From an uncultured archaeon (GTDB lineage: Archaea; Thermoproteota; Bathyarchaeia; Bathyarchaeales; Bathycorpusculaceae): a stretch of DNA of 64,000 nucleotides. Below, in pieces: positions 10,874 to 23,464 of the stretch (its first letter is position 1; the number at the start of each line of letters is the position of its first letter). The position numbers and the translations under genes were made by a program. The stretch covers positions 31,046 to 95,045 of the forward strand of contig CAWALK010000014.1 of NCBI GenBank assembly GCA_963782915.1. The letters are read 5' to 3'. Below the pieces are notes generated by a model. The model was not told where the DNA came from. It worked only from the letters and a program-made list of their open reading frames with translations, and did not search any database.

Positions 10874-12166
10874 GTGCAATTCTTCAACTACCAAAGGAGA
10901 AAAAAACAATTGTTTCTCAACGACATCCTCCAAGTCATATATGCACCAAAAAAAGCATTCAAAAACATAATCACTAACCCAAAATATCTAGGCATAATCG
11001 TAATCCTAGTCTTATTCATGGGTCTACAATTAGGCTATGAAGCCTCCCAATTCAGTAAAGTCCACATTGAAACCACCTCGCCAGTAGCTGGTGTAATGCA
11101 GGACTATAACAACGCCACAAACTGGCAAAGCGGCCCAAACGTATCGTTAACAAATAACTTTAATGATTACTTTAACAACACGGTGTACTTGGCTGATTAT
11201 GCTCAATACTACTCATTATTTGGCAATAACAGTATGCAGATACAAGCTAACAACACAAACACCATCCTAGTAGCCCTGACAAACACATCGAACGTTGACT
11301 GCACAGCAAGCGGCTTCCAAAACCTCTCCATAACCATGAAATTAGTACAGCCACAGTCAGCACCCTCCAATGCAACTTTAACCCTCTACTCATTAGGAGA
11401 CGCTAACTACTACACCTATGACTTAACAGGCACATTATCCAGTGCAGATGCAATCAACCAATGGGGCAACCTAACCGTTCCATTGGGTCCAAACGCAACA
11501 GGTTGGACAGCATCAGGTAACCCAACATGGCAAAACATCACATCACTAACACTCCAACTAACCTACCCTAACAGCCAAGACATAACCGTCCGAGTCGGCG
11601 CATTATTCTTCCGAGGCGAATTCGTACAGCCACTCATCGCAAACGCAAGCGGATTCCTCTACACATTCCTGTTGCAATTCTCACTGCAATTCCTCGCTTC
11701 ATGGCTTATCCTAACAGGCATGATGTATGTGATGTTCAGAGCACTAAAAGGAACCGTGCCATGGAAACCAATCTTCATCGCAGCAGGCTTCGCCATGACC
11801 GTTATGGTTATCCGTGCACTAGTAAACGTCATTGCAACATTGACTCTGCCAGCACTCTACTATCCATACGACGCAGCATTAGGCGTAGTTTATGACACAT
11901 TCGGATCACTCAACTATCCAGCAGCATTAACTCTGCCAGTCGCGCAATCAGCAGCCGCCATAAGCAGCATCAGCGCCTCGATGGAAGCTTTCAAGGCAAT
12001 CCTAACGGGCATGTTCATAGTATCCTACATTTGGCTAGCAGGCTTAGCTGCTTTGATAGTCAAGGAACTACAACCAACATACACAACCATGAAGTGCCTG
12101 CTAATCGCCGCTGTAAGCGTCGGTGTCACCCTTCTGGTGCTGTTCCTCTTCATCGGCTTTGTTTAG
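10874..12166 (+). CDS. Yip1-like membrane protein with inserted extracellular beta-sandwich domain
   Basis: N-terminal VIYAPKKAFKNI motif, TM helix, N/T-rich ectodomain and multi-TM C-terminus; true start probably the TTG near 10910. Confidence 0.65.
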   Translation: MQFFNYQRRKKQLFLNDILQVIYAPKKAFKNIITNPKYLGIIVILVLFMGLQLGYEASQFSKVHIETTSPVAGVMQDYNNATNWQSGPNVSLTNNFNDYFNNTVYLADYAQYYSLFGNNSMQIQANNTNTILVALTNTSNVDCTASGFQNLSITMKLVQPQSAPSNATLTLYSLGDANYYTYDLTGTLSSADAINQWGNLTVPLGPNATGWTASGNPTWQNITSLTLQLTYPNSQDITVRVGALFFRGEFVQPLIANASGFLYTFLLQFSLQFLASWLILTGMMYVMFRALKGTVPWKPIFIAAGFAMTVMVIRALVNVIATLTLPALYYPYDAALGVVYDTFGSLNYPAALTLPVAQSAAAISSISASMEAFKAILTGMFIVSYIWLAGLAALIVKELQPTYTTMKCLLIAAVSVGVTLLVLFLFIGFV

Positions 12167-12278
12167 CCGATCCCACACTATTTCTTTTTTACTTTTTTTG
12201 TCTTTTACTGTTTAGTTAGCAAGATTTATATCGTTGAAAGAGGAAAAGCGTTAAGCGAACAGTTCGAAGTGAAGTAAA

Positions 12279-12572
12279 TTGACTGATATTAAAGACCTCA
12301 ATGATGGAATGAAGCGGGTTAGTGTTGAAGCTAAAGTCGTCGAGAAAGGCGATGCCCGTGAAGTCAAATCTAAATTCAAAGATGAAACTTATCGTATAGT
12401 TGATGCTGTTATTGCTGATGAGACCGGCAGCATAAAATTGACCCTTTGGAATGAGCAGGCTGATCAGGTTAACGTGGGCGACAACATTAAAATCGAGAAT
12501 GGTTATGTCACCAGTTTCAAGGGCGAAATTCAGCTTAACGTCGGCAAATTCGGCAAAATGACCGTTAACTAA
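12279..12572 (+). CDS. ssb: Single OB-fold single-stranded DNA-binding protein (SSB/RPA-like)
   Basis: IADETGSIKLTLWNEQ, IENGYVTSFKGEIQLNVGK. Confidence 0.88.
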   Translation: MTDIKDLNDGMKRVSVEAKVVEKGDAREVKSKFKDETYRIVDAVIADETGSIKLTLWNEQADQVNVGDNIKIENGYVTSFKGEIQLNVGKFGKMTVN

Positions 12573-13001
12573 GCCTTTTTGGCTAATACTAAATTTTTAT
12601 TTCTTTCTTCTGTCTTTTAGCCTTAGTTTATTTTAATTTGTTTGTTGTCCATGCGCAACGACCCTTCCGTCCCTTATCCAAATCAAAAGTGCTGTTCTGC
12701 TTGCGGAATCTCCACAACCAACCTACAACGTGCCCAACAATCCTGATCCAAAACACAAACTTCTGCACAAGCCGCTGGTTGTTGTTGAAATAAGAGGGGT
12801 CCACGGCAACAAGCAATAATGAAAAACTAATTGCCAATAATTCCTGAACTGCTCTTTTACCAAAGCGGGTCTTGCACGCCAACAAAGCCTACATCCAATT
12901 TCTGCTGTCCATCAGAAACGCCTGAATTTGCGTTGTTTGGTGCAAAAACTTTTTAATCCAAATACTTCGGTCAATTTGTTGTTTATCGGAAGTAGATTAG
13001 A

Positions 13002-14959
13002 GTGCAATTCGAACTTGTAGCGCCATACAAAATCTCGCCTGGACAGGAAGCCGCAGTTGAGCAGCTAACCAAAAATTTCGAGGCGAAAGAGAAGCAGACG
13101 CTGTTGGGTATTACTGGCAGCGGCAAAACGTTTGTCATGGCAAACGTGATCAACAAGCTTCAGAAGCCCACGTTGATTCTGGCTCATAACAAAACCTTGG
13201 CGGCACAGCTTTATGGCGAGTTAAAGGAATTGTTTCCGCATAATCGAGTTGAATTCTTCATAAGCTTTTACGATTATTACCAACCCGAATCCTATTTGCC
13301 CGCACAGGACATGTACATCGAAAAGGACTCCTCAGTTAACGATGAAATAGAAAAAATGCGAATGCACGCCGTCTCAAGCATCGTTAGCCGCACCGACACA
13401 ATCATTGTTGCTTCTATCAGTTGCATCTACAGCTTAGGCAACCCCGACGACTTCCGCACCATGGCAATGAAACTCCAAGTCGGCGAACAAATGAACCGCC
13501 AAAAACTCATCGCCTCATTGGTGGATATGCAGTATGAACGCAACGACATGGTACTGGAACCTGGCAGGTTCCGAGTAAGAGGCGACACAGTCGACATAGT
13601 GCCCTCCTACGAAAACGACATCTTAAGAATCGAACTCACAGGCAACACTATAAGCAAAATAAAAGAAGTCCACACCATAACGGGCAACGTCAAAAACAGC
13701 CTCGACACACTCACCCTCTACCCGGCACGCCAATACGTTGTCCCCGAAGAGAAACACGCCCTCGCCCTCGAACACATCCAACAGGAACTCGAGGCACAAT
13801 TGCCCAATCTTCCACCGCTTGAAGCACAGCGGCTAAAACAACGCACAAACTACGACTTAGAAATGATCCGGGAAGTCGGTTTCTGTGCGGGCATGGAGAA
13901 CTACAGCCGCCACTTCGACGGACGCAAACCCGGCATGCCACCTTTCACGTTGATAGATTATTTCCCCAAAGATTACTTACTCATTATCGACGAAAGCCAC
14001 CAAACAATCCCCCAATCCCGTGGCATGTACAACGGCGACTACGCACGCAAAAAGAACCTCGTTGATTTCGGTTTCCGCTTCCAAGCGCATTGGATAATCG
14101 TCCATTGCAGTTTGATGAGTTCGAGGGCAAAATGGGCAGAGTCCTCTTTGTCTCAGCAACCCCTGCTGAATATGAACTGGCAAAGAGCGGTCCACCAGTC
14201 GAATTAATCACAAGACCAACAGGGCTTTTGGACCCTGAGGTGGAGATGCATCCGATTGAGGGGCAGATGCAGCATTTGATGGCTGAGGCTAAGAAGACGA
14301 TTGAACGGGGCGACCGCGTGCTAGTAACGACTTTGACGAAGCGTATGGCTGAAGACTTAGCCGATTACCTCGTCAAAGAAGGCTTCCGAGTACGCTACAT
14401 GCACAGCGAAATCGAAAGCTTAGACCGCATAGAACTCATACGGCAACTCCGAGTGGGCGATTACGACATCCTAGTGGGCATTAACCTGCTCAGGGAAGGC
14501 TTAGACATCCCCGAAGTCGCCTCCATATTCATCTTAGACGCAGACAAAGAAGGCTTCCTACGAGACGAACGCAGCCTCATCCAAACCATCGGACGAGCAG
14601 CACGCAACGTCAACGGCAAAGTCTACCTATACGCCGACGTGCAAACCAAATCAATCCAACGCGCCATGGAAATCACCTATTACCGCCGAAACCTCCAGAA
14701 ACGCTTCAACGAGAAATATGGCATCACACCAACAACCATCATCAAGTCAGTCTCAACCAAAGAGAGCACTATCAAGGGCACAAAGCACTTAGCGAAATCC
14801 GATATTCAACGCCAAATGATCGAGTTAGACGCAAAAATGAGGGAAGCCGCCGAAAAACTGGAGTTCGAAAAAGCCATCCAACTGCGTGATGCGATTGCTG
14901 AGCTGCAGAAGTCATTGGCTCATAAGCTGGAAAATGAAGCGGTTAAACCCGAAATTTAG
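13002..14959 (+). CDS. uvrB: Excinuclease ABC subunit B (frameshift near 14080)
   Basis: GITGSGKT, HNKTLAAQLY, SFYDYYQPE, DESH, GINLLREGLD, QTIGRAARN and a C-terminal UVR domain. Confidence 0.96.
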
Positions 14960-15040
14960 GGGTTTGATGCAATAAGGTTCTAATCTCGGAGCTTAGGAGA
15001 AGCTAGAATCTGCCGAAAAACGGAGAGGGGAAACAAGAGT

Positions 15041-17941
15041 ATGCGTGATAATATTTCGATTAAGGGTGCAAGGCAACATAACCTGAAAAATATTGATTTG
15101 GAGTTGCCGCGTAACAAGTTGATAGTGATTACTGGGCTCTCTGGCTCAGGAAAATCTACTTTAGCGTTTGATACTATCTACGCTGAAGGGCAACGGCGCT
15201 ATGTGGAGAGTCTTTCTGCGTATGCTCGCCAATTTTTGGGTTTAATGGATAAACCCGACGTTGACTCCATCGAAGGCTTATCACCCGCCATATCGATTGA
15301 GCAGAAGAGCACAAGCAAAAACCCCCGCTCCACCGTCGGCACAGTCACAGAAATCTACGATTACCTCAGATTACTATTCGCCCGCATCGGCACCCACCAC
15401 TGCCCAAAATGCGGCAGCAGCATCCACCCCCAAAGCCCCGAAAACATCACCAGCCTCATCATGTCAGACAAAGGCAAAACGCTGGTCTTCCTCGCCCCAA
15501 TCATCCGAGGCATGAAAGGCACACACGAACAAATATTTGACGACCTCAAAAAAGAAGGCTACACCAAAATCCGGGTAGACCAAAAAATCTACGAAACCGA
15601 CCAAATCAAAGAAGAACTCAAACTCGTCCGTTACGAGAAGCACTGGATTGAAGCAGTCATAGACACAGTCGCCATCTCAGATGAGGAACGCTCCCGAATC
15701 GCCGAAGCAGTCGAAGGCGCACTCAAAACAGGCAAAGGCACCATGATAGTAATCGACGCCGCCGACTCAGACGCAGACAAAAAGAAGGAACTCGAACGAT
15801 TCGAAGGCGAAACAATGTACAGCACCTTTGGCGCATGCCCAAACCACCCCGAAATCGTCTTCGAAAGCCTCGAACCCCGCATGTTCAGCTTCAACTCACC
15901 ATTCGGCGCTTGCCCAACCTGCCACGGCTTAGGCGAAATCACCGAAGTCACCGCAGACAAAGTCATTCCCAACAGAAACCTATCCATAATGGATGGGGCA
16001 TTGGCAGTATACAAAGGCACAATGGACCTCAGCTGGAGAGTACAGCAACTTGCCACTGTAGGCAAAAAACATGGTTTTGACGTGTTTACTCCAATCAAAG
16101 ACTTTACTGAAGAGCAAGTTCAGGTGCTTCTTTTCGGCGACCATGAACCCATCAGCGGCAACTGGTCGAATGGCGCTAACATGTGGATGCGTGACGGCTG
16201 GGAAGGCGTCATCCCCCAGACTATGCGTTTGTATCGTCAGACTGAGAGTGAATGGCGCAAAGAAGACATAGAGAAATTCATGACGGCACGCCCCTGTAAC
16301 AGTTGCCATGGCAAAAAACTCCAGCCAGTTGTGTTGGCGGTGCAAATTTTGGATAAAAGTATCATCGACGCAACCGACCTCTCTATCGAGGAAGCAGTGG
16401 ATTTCTTCAAAGACCTACCACCCAAACTCAACGAGAAGGAGCTCTCGATTGCTAAGCAGGTGCTAAAAGAAGTTAACGAACGATTGGGTTTCCTTAAAAA
16501 CGTGGGTTTAGGTTACCTCTCACTTTCACGCGCAGCTAAAACACTCTCTGGCGGAGAAGCACAACGTATCCGCTTGGCAACGCAGATTGGCAGCAACCTT
16601 ATGGGCGTCCTCTACATCCTCGACGAACCCAGCATCGGCTTACACCAACGCGACAACGCCAAACTCATCGCCACCCTGGCACGCCTCCGCGACTTAGGCA
16701 ACACCCTAATCGTAGTAGAACACGACGAAGACACAATGCGCCATGCCGACTACATCGTTGACATGGGACCCGGCGCAGGAGTCCACGGCGGCCACATCGT
16801 CGCAGAAGGCTCACCCCAAGAAGTAATGGCTAACACACGCAGCTTAACCGGCAAATACCTCTCGGGCGAACTCAAAATTGAAGTGCCCACGGAACGCCGC
16901 AAACCAGTCGGCTACATCACAGTCAAAGGCGCTAAAGAGAACAACCTCAAACAACTCAGCTTACAACTGCCACTGGGCGTCCTATGCGGAGTCACAGGCG
17001 TTTCAGGTTCAGGCAAAAGCACCCTGATGAACCTAACAGTCATTCCTGCGCTACGCCAAATGTTCGGCGAACAAGTTGACAAAATCGGCAAACACGACAG
17101 CCTCGAAGTACCAGAAGTCGTACGCAACGTAATCGTAATCGACCAAGACCCAATCGGCAGAACACCCCGAAGCAACCCCGCCACCTACACCAAACTCTTC
17201 GACGAAATCCGCAAAATCTTCGCCTCAACCAAAGAAGCCAAAGCACGCGGCTACAAAGAAGGCCGCTTCAGCTTCAACGTTAAAGGCGGCAGATGCGAAA
17301 CCTGCCAAGGCGACGGAGTACTGCGTATCGAAATGAACTTCCTGCCAGACGTCTATGTGCAATGCAGTGAATGCAAGGGCAAACGCTACAACAAAGAAAC
17401 CCTCTCAGTGCAGTACAAGGGCAAGAACATCGCTGAAGTCCTCGACATGACCGTTGAGGAGGCAGCAAAGTTCTTTGAGAATACTCCACGGGTCGCACGC
17501 AAACTGGAAACCCTGCTGGATGTCGGTTTAGGTTACATTAAACTGGGACAGAGCTCCACGCAACTATCAGGCGGAGAAAGCCAACGCATCAAAATCACCC
17601 GTGAACTCAGCAAACACAAAACAGGACACGTCGTCTACATGCTCGACGAACCCACCACCGGGTTACATTTCGACGACACCAAACGCTTAATCCGAGTCCT
17701 AAATCGCCTCGTCGACAACGGCAACACAGTCTACATCATCGAACACAACCTCGACGTCATCAAAAGCTGCGATTACCTCGTTGATTTGGGTCCGGAAGGC
17801 GGAGCAGCAGGCGGCGAACTCCTCGCACAAGGCACACCAGAAGACGTCTCGAAGGAACAACGCAGCTACACGGGGCACTTTTTGGAAAAGATACTTAACC
17901 ACAAACCCCAAGAAGCATTAGCAGTGAAGCAGCCTGCATGA
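15041..17941 (+). CDS. uvrA: Excinuclease ABC subunit A
   Basis: [29 protein letters not shown], second ABC cassette and zinc fingers; intact 966 aa. Confidence 0.98.
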   Translation: MRDNISIKGARQHNLKNIDLELPRNKLIVITGLSGSGKSTLAFDTIYAEGQRRYVESLSAYARQFLGLMDKPDVDSIEGLSPAISIEQKSTSKNPRSTVGTVTEIYDYLRLLFARIGTHHCPKCGSSIHPQSPENITSLIMSDKGKTLVFLAPIIRGMKGTHEQIFDDLKKEGYTKIRVDQKIYETDQIKEELKLVRYEKHWIEAVIDTVAISDEERSRIAEAVEGALKTGKGTMIVIDAADSDADKKKELERFEGETMYSTFGACPNHPEIVFESLEPRMFSFNSPFGACPTCHGLGEITEVTADKVIPNRNLSIMDGALAVYKGTMDLSWRVQQLATVGKKHGFDVFTPIKDFTEEQVQVLLFGDHEPISGNWSNGANMWMRDGWEGVIPQTMRLYRQTESEWRKEDIEKFMTARPCNSCHGKKLQPVVLAVQILDKSIIDATDLSIEEAVDFFKDLPPKLNEKELSIAKQVLKEVNERLGFLKNVGLGYLSLSRAAKTLSGGEAQRIRLATQIGSNLMGVLYILDEPSIGLHQRDNAKLIATLARLRDLGNTLIVVEHDEDTMRHADYIVDMGPGAGVHGGHIVAEGSPQEVMANTRSLTGKYLSGELKIEVPTERRKPVGYITVKGAKENNLKQLSLQLPLGVLCGVTGVSGSGKSTLMNLTVIPALRQMFGEQVDKIGKHDSLEVPEVVRNVIVIDQDPIGRTPRSNPATYTKLFDEIRKIFASTKEAKARGYKEGRFSFNVKGGRCETCQGDGVLRIEMNFLPDVYVQCSECKGKRYNKETLSVQYKGKNIAEVLDMTVEEAAKFFENTPRVARKLETLLDVGLGYIKLGQSSTQLSGGESQRIKITRELSKHKTGHVVYMLDEPTTGLHFDDTKRLIRVLNRLVDNGNTVYIIEHNLDVIKSCDYLVDLGPEGGAAGGELLAQGTPEDVSKEQRSYTGHFLEKILNHKPQEALAVKQPA

Positions 17942-19590
17942 TTCAAATAAATGGTCCCGAAGACTTCAAAACCAGCGATATCCCAACTGACCCCGGCGTC
18001 TACCTTTACCGCGACGAAGCAGGTCAAATCATCTATGTGGGCAAAGCTAAAAACCTGCGCAGCCGCGTTAAAAGCTATTTTTTAACCAATGACCACCCCG
18101 CTAAAACTCGGCAGCTTGTCATGCATATTCGAAGCATCGATTGGATAGTTGTTAACACCGAAGTCGAAGCCCTCCTGCTAGAGAACAAGCTCATCAAGCA
18201 GCATACCCCCAAGTATAATATTGACTTAAAAGACGCCAAAAGCTATGCCTACATTTCACTCACGAGGGAGCCTTTTCCGAGGGTTCTGACTAGCCGCAAA
18301 GTCTCACGAAAACTCGAATCGTTTGGACCCTACACTGAAGGCTTCACACGCCAAGACCTCCAACGTGCAGTCGTGCGGATATTCAAGCTGCGGACATGTA
18401 AAACCATGCATAAACGCGCCTGCCTAAACTACCACATCCACACATGCACCGCCCCCTGCGTTGGCAGGGTCACAGCCGAACAATATGAAAACCAAGTCAA
18501 ACAAGCCCGCTCCTTCCTAAACGGCAACTACGAGGGAACAATCCAGCAACTCAACACTCAAATGCAAGAAGCCTCAGCCAACCAAAAATTCGAAGAAGCC
18601 CTTGACCTACGCAACCAAATAGCCTCCATTAGGCTCCTCACTGAACATCAAATAGTCGATAACGAACGCCGCTTTGACCAAGACGTGATGGTTTTTAGGC
18701 GGGTGGGCGAGAAGATGCTGGCTTTGCAGATGGGTGTACGCAAAGGCGTGCTTTTAGGCAAAAAAGAGTTCAGTGTTGACTTGCAACCCATGATTGAACA
18801 GGAATTCCTCAAAGCATTCTACAGCACTAACCAGATTCCCCGAGAAATCCTCCTCAACCAGCCCTGCTGGGTGGAACCCGAAGAAAAGAAGGCGCTTGAA
18901 GAGTTCCTCTCAACAAAGAGGCTTGCGCCAGTATCATTAACTATCCCCAGAAAAGCGGATAAATTGGCGTTGATTCGCTTAGCAGAGAAGAATCTTGAAT
19001 CGACTCTGGAATTTGATAGCGCACTCATGGACTTGCAGTTTAACCTCAACCTGCCAGCGTTGCCCCGTGTAATCGAGTGCTTCGACATATCCAACTTGGG
19101 CACAGAGCACGTCGTTTCAGGCATGGTAGCCTTTAAGGATGCGAAGCCCGATAAGAAGAATTACCGCAAATTCAAAATCAAATCATTCGTGGGTCAAGAT
19201 GACTTTGCCGCAGTCAACGAAGTAGTAAGTCGCCGCTACAAACGCCAAATAGAAGAGAAGAACCCGCTGCCAGACCTTGTCGTAATTGACGGCGGACCCG
19301 GACAGGTACACGCTGCACAAACGGCATTGCAGTCGCTGGGGCTAAAGTTGCCCCTGATTGGACTAGCGAAGGAACGCGAAGAAATCTATCTCCCAAACGA
19401 CCCCGCACCGAAGGTTTTCGAGAAGAACAGCCGCATGATACTTCTTCTCCGAAAAATCCGAGATGCCACCCACGAATTCTCATTAGGATACAACCGCAAA
19501 CGCCGACAAATACAGCTCCGCGAAGAATTCAAACCCGCAAAAAAGGGCTCTAAACGAGCAGATGTTCCAGCAGAATCCGCAAGCCAATAA
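17938..19590 (+). CDS. uvrC: Excinuclease ABC subunit C lacking the C-terminal HhH domain
   Basis: GIY-YIG (PGVYLY..IIYVGKAKNL), Cys cluster, UVR, IECFDIS, DLVVIDGG.GQ. Confidence 0.95.
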   Translation: MIQINGPEDFKTSDIPTDPGVYLYRDEAGQIIYVGKAKNLRSRVKSYFLTNDHPAKTRQLVMHIRSIDWIVVNTEVEALLLENKLIKQHTPKYNIDLKDAKSYAYISLTREPFPRVLTSRKVSRKLESFGPYTEGFTRQDLQRAVVRIFKLRTCKTMHKRACLNYHIHTCTAPCVGRVTAEQYENQVKQARSFLNGNYEGTIQQLNTQMQEASANQKFEEALDLRNQIASIRLLTEHQIVDNERRFDQDVMVFRRVGEKMLALQMGVRKGVLLGKKEFSVDLQPMIEQEFLKAFYSTNQIPREILLNQPCWVEPEEKKALEEFLSTKRLAPVSLTIPRKADKLALIRLAEKNLESTLEFDSALMDLQFNLNLPALPRVIECFDISNLGTEHVVSGMVAFKDAKPDKKNYRKFKIKSFVGQDDFAAVNEVVSRRYKRQIEEKNPLPDLVVIDGGPGQVHAAQTALQSLGLKLPLIGLAKEREEIYLPNDPAPKVFEKNSRMILLLRKIRDATHEFSLGYNRKRRQIQLREEFKPAKKGSKRADVPAESASQ

Positions 19591-20110
19591 TAACCAAGAC
19601 AACGCCGCCGACGATTTCTATTTTATGACCGAAACGCTTGCCCAGTCCGCAGCCGAAGTAGAAGCCGACAAACGAGAGTACAAACGTAACAGCCCCAATC
19701 ACGATTAATGGCTCCAGAATTGAAATTTGCAGAAAAGCAAAACTGAACCCCACCATTAACGCATCGATGCTTGTAGCTATTGCCAGAATCAGCAGGGTAT
19801 GCAGCTTAAGGTCGGTAGAGCAATCTTGTTTCTCGTCTTTTTTTGTGCCGTCATAGATCATTTTGGCGCCGATAAACGCTAACAACGCAAACGCCACCCA
19901 GTGGTCTATATCTGCTATGACGCCTTGAAGGGTTAGTCCCGCTGCCCAACCAATCGCAGGCATCAGCATCTGGAATCCGCCGAAAAACACGGCGGTCAAC
20001 AAGGCGGACTTGCGCCGATTGCTGTTGATGGTCATGCCGTTTGCTATCGAAACCGCGAAAGCATCCATAGCTAAACCGACAGCGATCAAGACGATGGTTA
20101 GGGCGTCCAC
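19550..20110 (-). CDS. mntP: Manganese efflux pump MntP
   Basis: GLAMDAFAVS and AIATSIDAL motifs, six TM segments. Confidence 0.92.
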   Translation of the reverse strand: MDALTIVLIAVGLAMDAFAVSIANGMTINSNRRKSALLTAVFFGGFQMLMPAIGWAAGLTLQGVIADIDHWVAFALLAFIGAKMIYDGTKKDEKQDCSTDLKLHTLLILAIATSIDALMVGFSFAFLQISILEPLIVIGAVTFVLSFVGFYFGCGLGKRFGHKIEIVGGVVLVIIGLRILLEHLLV

Positions 20111-20170
20111 TGTTTCACCGTAAATGCTCTCTTTGCTGTTTCTTCGGTAATATAGGCTTTTTCAAAGGAA

Positions 20171-20581
20171 CTAGAGGAATTTCCTCAAAGCCTCTTCCAG
20201 TTCACTAAAACTTTTAATTATCGTATCTGAATGGAAAACTATCCATGGGCTCAAGCAGGGCAATGGCGAGACAACAATGACTTTTTTGCCTTTGCGTTTG
20301 GCATAGAACATCTCCATACAAGCCCCCGCCGACAAAATAGGCAAATACACTACCATGATGTCGCATCGGTCGGCGTCGTCGAGGTCCCGCTGCACAAAAT
20401 CAAACGTCGGCACCTTATCCCACCAGCACTCTTCTGTGCCATTGAAGATAACACGTTCCCGTTTCCATGGGTCAATGATGTCGAAGCCCAGTTTTGTGGC
20501 GACTCCAGTGATTGTAATGCGGTAGTCCTGCTGTTTTTCCATGCCTATGATGGGGCCTGAGATGAATACTTGCTTCTTCAT
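20171..20581 (-). CDS. Nucleoside 2-deoxyribosyltransferase-like protein
   Basis: VFISGPI, IIDP, RDLDDADRCD, SAGACME..YA; probable start MKKQ. Confidence 0.7.
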   Translation of the reverse strand: MKKQVFISGPIIGMEKQQDYRITITGVATKLGFDIIDPWKRERVIFNGTEECWWDKVPTFDFVQRDLDDADRCDIMVVYLPILSAGACMEMFYAKRKGKKVIVVSPLPCLSPWIVFHSDTIIKSFSELEEALRKFL

Positions 20582-20780
20582 GCCTTTTACCTTGGAAGCA
20601 TGAAATCGTTTAAGCCTAATATGCATTGCCAAACCTGAACGGATGCTATGCGCATGGTTCAATGCACAAAAATCGCTTTCATGACTGGAGTATTAATCTG
20701 ATATATATCGATTTTAGAAATGTCCCTTATTAATTGAATCTGCCATCGCAATATACAATTAACGATTAATTAAGGGATAT

Positions 20781-22015
20781 TTGATGGCAAACAAAAAAAT
20801 TGTTATACTAATTGCAGTATCTACCCTACTTTTGAGTATGTTTGCTTCATTCAACCAAGCTAACGCAGCAACAGCCATATTCACAATAAGCGCATCCAGC
20901 GGCCACGTCGGCGATGTAATAGCTGTTTCAGGAACTGGCTTCTCAAATAATAAAGTGTTAACGATTGAAACATTCCAGTATCAAACCACAACTAACAACA
21001 AAGGTGGATTTAGCGGGGAAGTCACCATACCTGGCGATGGCGTGTTAGCGGCAGGAACATACGATGTTGTGGCAAAGGATTCAAAAGGCAATGAAGCCCA
21101 CGCTTCCTTCACGATGCGCCCCTCTCTGACAATCACACCGACCACAGTACCTGCCGGTACAGTTGCTCATCTACACGGCGATTGTTTAGTTCCCGGCGGA
21201 AAACAATACGGCATGGACATAATCATAGATGACAAACTCTTACAGACTACCGACAAATTTCCAATGGGCGTACTTGACATCGACATAACCATCCCAGCCT
21301 CAACACCCATCGGCGAACACACAATAACCGCTGCTCCCTGGGAAGGCGAATCAGCATCAGCAACCTTTAGAGTCGACAAAGTGGCACATCCTTCACCATA
21401 ACAGACGTTTCCAACGAAGACAACCATGTCGAAGGCTATGTCGGGGATAAACTAGTATTCAGCGGCACCGGATTCCTCCCCGAAAAAGAGGTTCAGGTCC
21501 GATATGCAAGTGCCATCTTAGCTACTGCAAAAGTTGACAAGGAGGGCTGCTTTAGTGTTGAATTCCAGGTTCCACAAATGGCAGGTGGCCGCTACGACTT
21601 CTACGCAACCGATGACACCAACACCGTACACACACCATTTACCGTTTTGCCCTCAATCGTTTTTTCCCCCACCATGGCGGCTTCAGGAGCAACAGTATGC
21701 GTTGAAGGCAACGGTTTCTCACCCTTCCCAGCAGAAGACGGACTCACCGCAACCTTCGACGGCGAAAAAATAGAAATCAATCACATAAGCAGCAAAACCG
21801 AAGGTCACTTTGTGGCATACTTCATGGTTCCTGACGCGTTGCCGGGACCTTACTTTGTTAGGGTAACCTGCGTTGCCGATCCAACGGTAAGTGCCCAGGG
21901 AACATTTAACGTTTCATCTTTGGTTGTGACACCTGAAAACCCGTTTGGAGCCTTAATAGCGATTTTTGCCTGCTTAGGCGCCATTATAGTCTATAGAAAA
22001 CACAAAAAAGCGTAA
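20781..22015 (+). CDS. Secreted Ig-like (IPT/TIG repeat) surface protein with PE(F)-CTERM-like anchor (frameshift near 21385)
   Basis: Signal peptide, repeated G.VGD.I..SGTGF units; the frame after the indel reads TSFTITDVS...MAGG into ORF 21578-22015, ending VTPENPFG-TM-KKA. Confidence 0.72.
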
Positions 22016-22068
22016 TCAATTAGCTACCCAAAAGCTGTGGGTCAATTTTATAAATATCCACCCCTGTC

Positions 22069-22917
22069 TTGCAAGTAGTGAACTCAATGATAGATATGGT
22101 TACGCTGCTCTTAATTTCAATCCTTGTGGGTCTGTTGGGTTCACTCACTGGTTTAGGCGGCGCATCCATCCTAATCCCCATCATGGTCCTCTTAGGCGTC
22201 CCAATCAAAGAAGCAGTCGCATGCGGGATGGTAGCCATAATCGCCACGTCGAGCGGTTCAGCAGCCTCCTTTGTCAAACAAAAAATAACCAACCTCCGCC
22301 TCGCCATGTACCTTGAAATGTTCACAATCATCGGAGCCATCGTAGGCGCCACAATCACAGTAATAATCGCTCCAGTGTTTCTCTACTTTTTGTTTGCAGC
22401 GTTCCTATTAACCTCGTTTATCAACATCCGAAGCTCCCTAAAAGAAGAGTATACGCCTTCTGTCACTCAGGATAAACTCTCTAGATGGCTGGGGCTTGAA
22501 GGAAGCTACTTTGACAAAGCAAAAAACAAACTAATAACTTACAAGGCAACAAACGCTTTCCTAGGCGGCTTAGGCATGCTTGTAGCGGGATTAGCTGCGG
22601 GAATGCTCGGCATAGGTGCAGGCGCCTTCAAAGTCATAGTGCACGAAAAAGTGTTGAAGGTTCCCGCTAAAGTTTCCAGCGCCACCAGCAACTTGGTTAT
22701 TGGTATGACTGCTTTGGCGGGTGTTAGTGTTTATCTTTTTTCGGGTTTGTTGAATTTGACTCTGATGGCACCGATGGCTATTGGTGTAACCGTTGGCGCA
22801 GTTGTTGGTGGGCGATTGTTGAACAGAATCCATGATAGGCACCTAAAAATCCTCTTCTTCGCCATAGTAATTTTCCTGATTATCCAGATGCTCTACAAAG
22901 GAGTGACCGCACTATGA
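22069..22917 (+). CDS. TauE/SafE family sulfite exporter
   Basis: GSLTGLGGA, IATSSGSA, GMLGIGAG.FKV, SATSN..IG.TA. Confidence 0.9.
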   Translation: MQVVNSMIDMVTLLLISILVGLLGSLTGLGGASILIPIMVLLGVPIKEAVACGMVAIIATSSGSAASFVKQKITNLRLAMYLEMFTIIGAIVGATITVIIAPVFLYFLFAAFLLTSFINIRSSLKEEYTPSVTQDKLSRWLGLEGSYFDKAKNKLITYKATNAFLGGLGMLVAGLAAGMLGIGAGAFKVIVHEKVLKVPAKVSSATSNLVIGMTALAGVSVYLFSGLLNLTLMAPMAIGVTVGAVVGGRLLNRIHDRHLKILFFAIVIFLIIQMLYKGVTAL

Positions 22918-23306
22918 CCGCAGATGGAATAGATAAGCGCGAACCAAAGCTTGAATCCATCATAAGCTATCTGCTGATAATCGGCGTCATAACCAGCGTC
23001 ATCCTCGAAATCATTGGGTTAATCCTCTACTTTGGAGCTTACGGGAACCTGCAGGTTTCTCAAGCGCCAAACGTCTACATTAATGGCGAAAACTTTTTCG
23101 CATTCATAGTCGAGCGTCTTCAGAATCTCTTTGTATCAGAGAACGCTGTGCTGTTTCTGACGTTGGGCATAATTATTCTGATTTTAACCCCTTATGCACG
23201 AGCGATTGCTTCACTGGTATTCTTTGCTTGGGAAGGAAACCGCAAGTATGTACTCATTACATTGTTTGTTCTTGTGGTGTTGACGTTGAGTTTGGCGCTT
23301 CATTGA
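22914..23306 (+). CDS. DUF1634 family membrane protein
   Basis: LLIIGVITS...LGIIILILTPYAR; usual TauE partner; ATGA overlap. Confidence 0.8.
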   Translation: MTADGIDKREPKLESIISYLLIIGVITSVILEIIGLILYFGAYGNLQVSQAPNVYINGENFFAFIVERLQNLFVSENAVLFLTLGIIILILTPYARAIASLVFFAWEGNRKYVLITLFVLVVLTLSLALH

Positions 23307-23464
23307 TCACTCTAATGACTCTGAAATGTGATTATATTCAATTTTAGGCGCTTTTTTGGTTCGCAATTTTAAAAACGCAGGCTGTTTATGACATAAATTG
23401 AAACAAACCTTATAAGTTAGCGGTTGCATACTACGTTTTCCCCTGAAGGCTAAAAGAGAGAAAG

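Noticed and set aside
12628-12885. 85-aa ORF between ssb and uvrB
   Set aside because: No recognisable motif, start context or paralog; not supportable.
13002-14959. Programmed frameshifting or a split uvrB
   Set aside because: No slippery heptamer at the break, and similar indels occur throughout the window; sequencing error is more parsimonious.
15261-19483. Antisense and alternate-frame ORFs within uvrA and uvrC
   Set aside because: Shadow ORFs of well-supported genes.
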